From the NCBI GenBank assembly GCA_937976335.1, contig CALJRW010000025.1:7103-71102 (forward strand): a stretch of DNA of 64,000 nt. The letters are read 5' to 3'. The notes beneath the pieces are model-generated. The model saw only the letters and a list, made by a program, of their open reading frames with translations, had not been told where the DNA came from and ran no database searches. Of this stretch, positions 58,401 to 64,000 are shown piece by piece (within the stretch, counting starts at the first letter, position 1; each line of letters starts with the position of its first letter). The position numbers and the translations under genes are program-made. Origin of the DNA: an uncultured bacterium. Lineage in GTDB: Bacteria > Bdellovibrionota_C > UBA2361 > CALJRW01.

Positions 58401-58647
58401 AATGAGCAATTTATCTTTAACAATTATAACTTTTTTAGCTAAACCTTTAGCATATACACAAGCTTATAGATTGGCGGCTCATACACGGCGCCATCGCGCT
58501 TAACGCGCATAATATTTTTCTATCAACACAATCGTAATTTATTTTTTTTCTGTGCAAGTTCGTATTGTTTAGCTTGTACTTGTTCAGAATTTCACAAAAC
58601 GCTTAAGAAAAAAAGTATTCGTAGGCGTTTAACTTAAGGAGAAAAAC

Positions 58648-59769
58648 ATGCCCGGAGATATTAATTATTTTATGGCAAAGTTGACTGCGGAACAAATGAC
58701 TCCTAACAAGTCAAATAAAATCAGTCTTAGTCAATTAGCAATTGAACTTTATAAAACTAACAATCCAGATCTTTCAGACAGAATCAAGCAATCGAACACA
58801 GAAAGCCTCGATTCTCTCTGGCAAAAAAAAGGAACTGGTTCAAGGCTAGTACTAGCAGAAGTAAATGAGCAAATACTCAAAACAAAAGAAAAAGTAAGTG
58901 TTTTAGGTGGAATTTGCTCAATTGCAAAAGGGGATGAGCCTTTTTTAAGAGAGAAAAAAGGTCAGTGGGATATTAATGACTTAAATAACTGGATAAAAAG
59001 TTGGTACCCAAGACTTGATCAAGTAATTGATTGTGTCGGCGTACCACCAAAAGGCACTGGCAAGGTTTTATATGTCTGTGAAGATTCTATCTGGGGACTT
59101 AAATTAGCTAAATGGCTTGATATTCCTCAAGAAGAAACTATAGCCCTACTTAAGAAAGTTCATGAAGAGCAAGGAGAAGCCTGCATATTAAATTGGTTTC
59201 AAGCTCAAGGATATAGAGGAGAAGTTAAAGTTGTCTATACTTCAGATTTAGAAAAAAGTTTGGAAGTTGGCCTTTCAAGTTGGGAAAGAATTATGAAAAC
59301 TAAATTCAGGAAAAAAGATCGTCCTGGAGCTAAGGTTGAACTAATGTACACGCCTTTTTGGTTAGACATACTCGGTGAAACAGAGCCAGCTATTATATAT
59401 GAACCAGTTGATCACATTCAATTTGATTCCTATAGATATCCAGAAACTTCTAACTGGGAAGCAACTAATGCTTTCGGTGATCCAAATGGTTACTGTGATA
59501 ATTTAGGCTATTTAGGATTTTTTCCTTCTTGGTCATCCGAAGGAGCAACTAGGAATTTAAGTTTGGAAAAAGTTCCAAATTTAGCTAACTGGGATTCATT
59601 TGAAATTGCTACTCCAGATCTTAGCTTCTATATTTCCTCTCTCTTAACTGAAGAGTATATAGACTATCAGTATAGAGAAACAAAAAATGCAATAGAACTC
59701 AGGAAGTACATAGGAAACGTAATGAGAAAAATTTACTCCAATGGAGGTACAAGAAATGAAAAAAGTTAA
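58648..59769 (+). CDS. Hypothetical 373-aa protein, first gene of a two-gene operon with DUF917
   Basis: Good RBS (AAGGAG). Conserved-looking Cys/Trp-rich core (VIDCVGVPPKGTGKVLYVCEDSIWGLKLAKWLDIP, YTPFWLDILGETEPAIIYEP). No known motif recognised. Confidence 0.6.
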   Translation: MPGDINYFMAKLTAEQMTPNKSNKISLSQLAIELYKTNNPDLSDRIKQSNTESLDSLWQKKGTGSRLVLAEVNEQILKTKEKVSVLGGICSIAKGDEPFLREKKGQWDINDLNNWIKSWYPRLDQVIDCVGVPPKGTGKVLYVCEDSIWGLKLAKWLDIPQEETIALLKKVHEEQGEACILNWFQAQGYRGEVKVVYTSDLEKSLEVGLSSWERIMKTKFRKKDRPGAKVELMYTPFWLDILGETEPAIIYEPVDHIQFDSYRYPETSNWEATNAFGDPNGYCDNLGYLGFFPSWSSEGATRNLSLEKVPNLANWDSFEIATPDLSFYISSLLTEEYIDYQYRETKNAIELRKYIGNVMRKIYSNGGTRNEKS

Positions 59770-60775
59770 TATTAACGACCTTGTTGTTGGTAGCACTTTC
59801 TTTGGAACAGGGGGAGGAGGGTCCCCTATTTTTGCTCATAAATACCTAAAAAAACTTATTCTAGAGGGCGATTTACCTGATTTAAAAGCTATTGAAGATT
59901 TTCCTAAAAACTCTCTTTTTGTTTCTGGCTTTGGAGTAGGCAATTTAGCTCAAAACGATTCAACAAAATCTTTAATTAAAAAGTGTGTTAATGAACTACA
60001 AGAGTATTTAAAGCAAAAGATAACCGGAGTGATCCCAGTTGAAATTGGACCACTTAGTATCAATGATGCTTTTGAACTTGCAGCTTGCATTGAAGTACCA
60101 GTAGTTGATGCAGATGTAGTCGGTGGACGTAGCGCACCTGAGGTATTTCTAGAAACAATTACTCTGTTTAACATACCGAGAACCCCTTCCGTTGTTGCTA
60201 ATACTAAGGGAGATACTGCTCTACTAATTGAAACTATGTCTTACAAACAAGAAGAAAAATTTTATAGAGATTTCTCTAAACTTAATAACTGCACTGCTTA
60301 CGTACTTGGCTATCCTTTATCAAAAAAGCAGATCCAAAAAACTTGTGAACAAAAAACTGTTACTACAGCTATTAAAATTGGCAATCTCTTAAATCAAAAT
60401 CAGATGCAAGAAGCTTTAGAACTTATAAATGGTATTAAACTGTATGAAGGTGTGGTTACTAATATAAAAGAAATAGATAACTCAGGTTTTACAGAAAAGT
60501 ATATTTATCTAGAAGGAGACACCTTTAAAGCAAAACTTTACATAAAAAATGAAAACTTAGTTTTTTGGTTAAACGAAGAACCAATATTAACATGCCCTGA
60601 TTTAATAATACTATGTAGCTCAGATGGAAAAGCAATATACAATACTGACATTAAATTAGGAGAAAATATATCTGTAATTGGAGCACCTGCTAGAAAATTG
60701 TGGAGAACTGAGGCAGGGCTCAAGCTATTTAGTCCTAAAAAATTTGGGTTTAGCTTTGATCCAGTATTACTCTAG
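59741..60775 (+). CDS. DUF917-family protein (hydantoinase-like fold, function unknown)
   Basis: N-terminal NINDLVVGSTFFGTGGGGSP glycine-rich loop followed by IPVEIGP...VVDADVVGGRSAPE, the characteristic DUF917 pattern. Overlaps the upstream gene by 29 nt. Confidence 0.55.
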   Translation: MEVQEMKKVNINDLVVGSTFFGTGGGGSPIFAHKYLKKLILEGDLPDLKAIEDFPKNSLFVSGFGVGNLAQNDSTKSLIKKCVNELQEYLKQKITGVIPVEIGPLSINDAFELAACIEVPVVDADVVGGRSAPEVFLETITLFNIPRTPSVVANTKGDTALLIETMSYKQEEKFYRDFSKLNNCTAYVLGYPLSKKQIQKTCEQKTVTTAIKIGNLLNQNQMQEALELINGIKLYEGVVTNIKEIDNSGFTEKYIYLEGDTFKAKLYIKNENLVFWLNEEPILTCPDLIILCSSDGKAIYNTDIKLGENISVIGAPARKLWRTEAGLKLFSPKKFGFSFDPVLL

Positions 60776-60826
60776 TTAAAAGTTCTTTTCGAAGGTGATT
60801 TTAAGAAGCAATCATTAAGCCTAACA

Positions 60827-61597
60827 CTACCAATACTTCTCTAAATGCAAATTACCAGGATCTCTCTTCTTGTGTTCCTTAAATCCAGCCTCAGCGAATC
60901 TCACTTCTAAATCCTCAATCATAGCAGGATTACCACAAAGCATAATGTGATCAGTTTTGGGATTAACTTCTATTTCGTCAAAAAATTCTTGAACATAACC
61001 CTTTCTCCCTTCCCAAGTATCATCTGGCCTACTAACTGTTTTAAGATATTTAAAATGACTATATTCTTTTTCTAAGTTTTCTAATTCTTCGTCATATGCA
61101 AAATCTTGCTTATATCTCACTCCATTTATAAGTGTAACTTTATTCATTTTAGATAAAACTCGCCCTTCTCTTAGCATTGAAATAAAAGGAGCGATTCCAG
61201 TACCTGTTGAAACAAAATAGACATTTGAAGCATCTGGAACACCATCAAGATTAAAAGCACCAATTGGCTTTCTTCCTATAAAGAGCCTTTCTTCTTTTTC
61301 CAAGAGAGATAATCTCGGAGATAAAACTCCATCATTAACAACAGCAACGTAAAATTCATAAAAATCTTTTTGATTTGGCGCAGATCCGATAGAGTAGCTT
61401 CTTTTTATAATTTTATCATCTTTGGGTGGATTTTCTTCTTCACCAAGACGTTCCGGCCATTGGTAATCTCCTGGAACCCCTAGAGCAATATACTGGCCAG
61501 GTAGAAAATCAGGAATCTCTGTATCTGGCTTGACCTTTAAAATAAATAGATTTTCAGTTATTAATATCTTATCAACTATTTTTGCATTTAATGACAT
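60827..61597 (-). CDS. fpr: Ferredoxin-NADP(+) reductase (bacterial Fpr-type)
   Basis: FAD-binding RSYSIGSAP. NADP-binding GTGIAPFISM. C-terminal LEKYW-type aromatic terminus. 256 aa. Confidence 0.85.
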   Translation of the reverse strand: MSLNAKIVDKILITENLFILKVKPDTEIPDFLPGQYIALGVPGDYQWPERLGEEENPPKDDKIIKRSYSIGSAPNQKDFYEFYVAVVNDGVLSPRLSLLEKEERLFIGRKPIGAFNLDGVPDASNVYFVSTGTGIAPFISMLREGRVLSKMNKVTLINGVRYKQDFAYDEELENLEKEYSHFKYLKTVSRPDDTWEGRKGYVQEFFDEIEVNPKTDHIMLCGNPAMIEDLEVRFAEAGFKEHKKRDPGNLHLEKYW

Positions 61598-61616
61598 AAG
61601 GTTAAGGTATTAAGAA

Positions 61617-62099
61617 TTGGATAAGAAAGTCAATAATTTGAAAATTGCACTCATAGATCCCCAAATTCCCCAAAACACTGGATCTATTGCTAGAACCTGT
61701 GCGGCTACAGAGAGCGCTCTATATGTTCTTGGAAATCCTGCCTTTGAAATTAGTGATAAGAAGGCAAGACGTGCTGGACTTGATTACTGGCCTTACGTGA
61801 ATCTTAATCAGTATAAGTCCTGGGAGGAATATCTTGAGAAAACAAGTAGTGAAAATTTCTGGTATTTTTCAAAATTTGGTAAAATTGACTATTGGGATGT
61901 TAAATATACTTTAAATGACACGCTTGTATTTGGAAGTGAGACCAAAGGGCTCGGTGAAGAATTTTTAGCTAATGTTCCAAATAACAATATAGTTAAGATA
62001 CCTATGTCTTCTCCAAATGTAAGAAGTTTAAATTTAAGTAATGCTGTTTCAATTGGCTTATATGAAGCTTTGAGGCAAAACATGAGCCATAGTCAGTAA
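61617..62099 (+). CDS. trmL: tRNA (cytidine/uridine-2'-O)-methyltransferase TrmL (SpoU/TrmH family)
   Basis: Colinear with E. coli TrmL: IALIDPQIPQNTGSIARTC, ARRAGLDYW, LVFGSETKGL, SLNLSNAVSIGLYEALRQ. TTG start. Confidence 0.88.
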   Translation: MDKKVNNLKIALIDPQIPQNTGSIARTCAATESALYVLGNPAFEISDKKARRAGLDYWPYVNLNQYKSWEEYLEKTSSENFWYFSKFGKIDYWDVKYTLNDTLVFGSETKGLGEEFLANVPNNNIVKIPMSSPNVRSLNLSNAVSIGLYEALRQNMSHSQ

Positions 62100-62163
62100 T
62101 TCTTTAAGTTTTTTCTAAGCTCAAAAACTCACATACTCTTGAACTCTACATCAATAGACATTA

Positions 62164-63030
62164 CTAAACTCTAATCACATTCTTCTTAACTGGCAAAACA
62201 AAAATAATTAGAACAAGAGAAATAGCAATTAAAGAAATTGGTTGGCTTAAAAGAAAAATTCTATTTATGACCGCAAGATCAGGTTTAAAATTTTCAGAAA
62301 CATGACAAAATAAGTTAACCGATCTCTGAATAATTATCCATCCGAAATGAAGTCCCATACAAATTGAGAGTGAGTTGGTTTTTATTTTTGCATAACATAA
62401 TGTCATTCCTAAAAGAAATAAACCAAGAAATGGAATTAAGAAGTCTGGATTAAATAGACCATTAAAAATTGAAAATACATAATGAAAACCTGAGAGAGGG
62501 CTAAAACTTATGTAAGTAAAAATTTTATTAGGAGCGATAAAATGAACAACTGCAAAAACTAGACTAACAACTAGAGAAGCAGTGAAAACTGTCATCTTTG
62601 TTCTTAACTTTTCAAACAAGACTCCTCTAAAAAAAGACTCTTCAATAAGAGATACAACAGTAGCTGTCATAAGTATTTTTAAAGCTCTTTTACAGAAATA
62701 AGAAAAGCTAAAGGTATTGACTATAATTACTTTTGTGTAAAATAAATATGGTAAAAAAATTAACGAACTGAAAATACTTAAGATTAGTCCATAAAAAAAG
62801 TATTTTTTTATTTTGTTTTTTTCTTTAGATTTAAAATCAGAAAACGTAAAATCTTTTCTTAATACATAAAGAGCAATTAAAACACCTAAAATTAAAACTC
62901 GATCAAAAATCCTACTAAATGGCCAAGGCAAGGTTTCGGTAAAAAAAAGAATTATTTCACAAGCAAAGGGTGTAAGCAAAACACCTGTAATAAGGGTAAT
63001 TAATACTAAAAGACCAATAGATCTTAACAT
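62164..63030 (-). CDS. CPBP (CAAX protease) family intramembrane metalloprotease
   Basis: Motif 1 EESFFRGVLF (EExxxR). Motif 2 FAVVH. 6-8 TM helices. 288 aa. Confidence 0.8.
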   Translation of the reverse strand: MLRSIGLLVLITLITGVLLTPFACEIILFFTETLPWPFSRIFDRVLILGVLIALYVLRKDFTFSDFKSKEKNKIKKYFFYGLILSIFSSLIFLPYLFYTKVIIVNTFSFSYFCKRALKILMTATVVSLIEESFFRGVLFEKLRTKMTVFTASLVVSLVFAVVHFIAPNKIFTYISFSPLSGFHYVFSIFNGLFNPDFLIPFLGLFLLGMTLCYAKIKTNSLSICMGLHFGWIIIQRSVNLFCHVSENFKPDLAVINRIFLLSQPISLIAISLVLIIFVLPVKKNVIRV

Positions 63031-63074
63031 TTTAGACTGTTCCTTTTTAAATCCTAGATGATAATATCAAATTT

Positions 63075-63521
63075 ATGGTATTCTTAGATCTTATACAAGC
63101 TAATGAAATTATGCCTTTGTTAATAGCTACCGGATTAGGCAGTCTCATTGGCTTAGAGCGTGAAATTGCAGGAAAAGACCCAAGCCTTAGAACATTTTCT
63201 CTTATCTGTCTTGGCAGTTGCTTATTCACTATAATGTCTACAGAAGCAGCCTTAGGGGTGCCAAATGCTGATCCTGGACGAATAGGCGCACAACTAGTCT
63301 CAGGTATTGGCTTTCTTGGAGCTGGTGCTATTTTTAGATCCAAGGATGGGGTTGCAGGACTTACCACAGCAGCCTTGATATGGATGACGGCAGCTATTGG
63401 TATGAGTGTTGGATTTGGAAAGTATAAAACCGCAATTACGAGTACTATAATTGCTTTAGCCATTCTTACTAGTCTTAGTTTAGTGCATAAAATTTTTCGT
63501 GCTTTACGATCTGATAAATGA
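63075..63521 (+). CDS. mgtC: MgtC/SapB family membrane protein
   Basis: ATGLGSLIGLEREIAGK...GAQLVSGIGFLGAGAIFR...GLTTAALIWMTAAIGMSVG is the conserved MgtC N-terminal domain. 148 aa. Confidence 0.82.
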   Translation: MVFLDLIQANEIMPLLIATGLGSLIGLEREIAGKDPSLRTFSLICLGSCLFTIMSTEAALGVPNADPGRIGAQLVSGIGFLGAGAIFRSKDGVAGLTTAALIWMTAAIGMSVGFGKYKTAITSTIIALAILTSLSLVHKIFRALRSDK

Positions 63522-63522
63522 A

Positions 63523-63832
63523 TATACTGCGCGACATTAGGTTTTACCGTTTTTTTTCTTGCAATTTGTGCAGAGCATAAATTCAGTTTTATTTGTTTGA
63601 GCAGTATATACTAAAACACATTAGGTTTTTCCGCTTTTTTGTCAAAGACTAAAGCCTAAACTTTGTGTTTTAGTATATGTGCTTATATTGGTTCGATTTG
63701 GCTAAAGCCAAAGTCTCACTCATCACCAAACTTTTTGAGTTTTTAGGAAAAACTCAAAATCGGTGACTATATGTGCTTATTAAGGCAAAAAATAGCTTCG
63801 CCATTGTTTTGCTCGCCCAACAAATCATCTAT
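63523..63832 (+). repeat. MITE-A composite copy: one unit interrupted by a nested ~150-bp insertion, 3' end truncated
   Basis: 5' part AATATACTGCGCGACATTAGGTTTTACCG...GTTTGAGCAGTATATA. The insert begins again with CTAAAACACATTAGGTTTTTCCG and contains the IR TATATACTAAAACACA / TGTGTTTTAGTATATG. The original unit then resumes with GTGCTTATTAAGGCAAAAAATAGCTTCGCCATTGTTTTGCTCGCCCAACAAATCATC. Confidence 0.75.
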
Positions 63833-63839
63833 AGAAAGT

Positions 63840-63915
63840 ACAAAAAGTAATTTCCGAAAAAAAGAATTATTCGGAAATTACTTTTTGGGATAAATATAAA
63901 CCTGAATTCAGGTTA
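63840..63915. repeat. Hairpin repeat family B copy (perfect 17-bp inverted repeat) adjacent to a CCTGAATTCAGG palindrome
   Basis: AAAAAGTAATTTCCGAA aaaaagaattat TTCGGAAATTACTTTTT GGGATAAATATA. Related copies at 11161-11210 and 13131-13190 share AGAATTATTCG-AAATTACTTTTTGGGATAACTATA. Confidence 0.75.
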
Positions 63916-64000
63916 TAAATTACGAAGTCGTACTTAAACCGCCAACTTAAACCTATTCTTAATATCCTCATTAACTTTAGAACGTGACTTTCTTCGTTGA

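Noticed and set aside
63047-63463. 138-aa minus-strand ORF antisense to mgtC
   Set aside because: The + strand frame carries the conserved MgtC motifs. The antisense frame is an Ala/Pro/Ile-rich artefact.

Overview
The window is an AT-rich bacterial chromosomal segment, roughly 30-33% GC by eye, with short intergenic regions and several AT-only or alternative (GTG/TTG) start codons. It has the gene-content hallmarks of a Gram-negative (diderm) bacterium.

Most of it is housekeeping:
- rarA (partial), an M20 peptidase and a Pal/OmpA lipoprotein.
- dxs-alr.
- a BamD-like lipoprotein.
- yebC-ruvA-ruvB.
- PBP1a, thiamine pyrophosphokinase and map.
- acyl-CoA carboxyltransferase, followed by separate proline dehydrogenase and P5C dehydrogenase genes.
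- two sensor kinases (one NtrY-like, one hybrid).
- MBL hydrolase, SGNH hydrolase, DedA, cytochrome c, ferredoxin-NADP reductase, trmL, CPBP protease and MgtC.

The largest functional unit is a contiguous type II secretion (gsp) cluster, gspC-D-E-F-G-H-I-J-L-M-N, at 13.4-25.6 kb.
- No recognisable gspK is present.
- The GspD secretin carries a Ser/Asn/Arg-rich insertion and a C-terminal extension of about 230 aa.
- The GspL homologue carries a 15-bp coding tandem repeat.

Directly downstream, at 25.6-30.9 kb, is an accessory-looking patch:
- a Fic-family protein with an operator-like palindrome;
- a tightly coupled two-gene module, an NTase-like protein plus a protein with a C-terminal RHH domain, which resembles a TA or abortive-infection pair;
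- a 440-aa double-HTH protein flanked by two directly oriented ~190-bp MITE copies;
- a small winged-helix-like ORF.

At least four distinct small repeat families occur:
- a ~200-bp MITE with ~27-bp terminal inverted repeats, present in five full or partial copies, one of them nested;
- the 190-bp MITE pair around the 440-aa gene;
- a hairpin-forming ~50-bp repeat in three copies;
- several solitary inverted-repeat-bounded elements.

Other notable genes:
- a Q/N/Y-rich prion-like protein;
- an HExxH protein with Trp-containing tandem repeats;
- an LRR-like 520-aa protein next to a structured, GC-richer intergenic segment (candidate ncRNA);
- a heme-oxygenase-like protein;
- an uncharacterised two-gene operon (unknown 373-aa protein plus DUF917) with a long leader.

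No rRNA, tRNA or CRISPR array was recognised. All functional calls come from motif and architecture recognition by eye; no database search was run.
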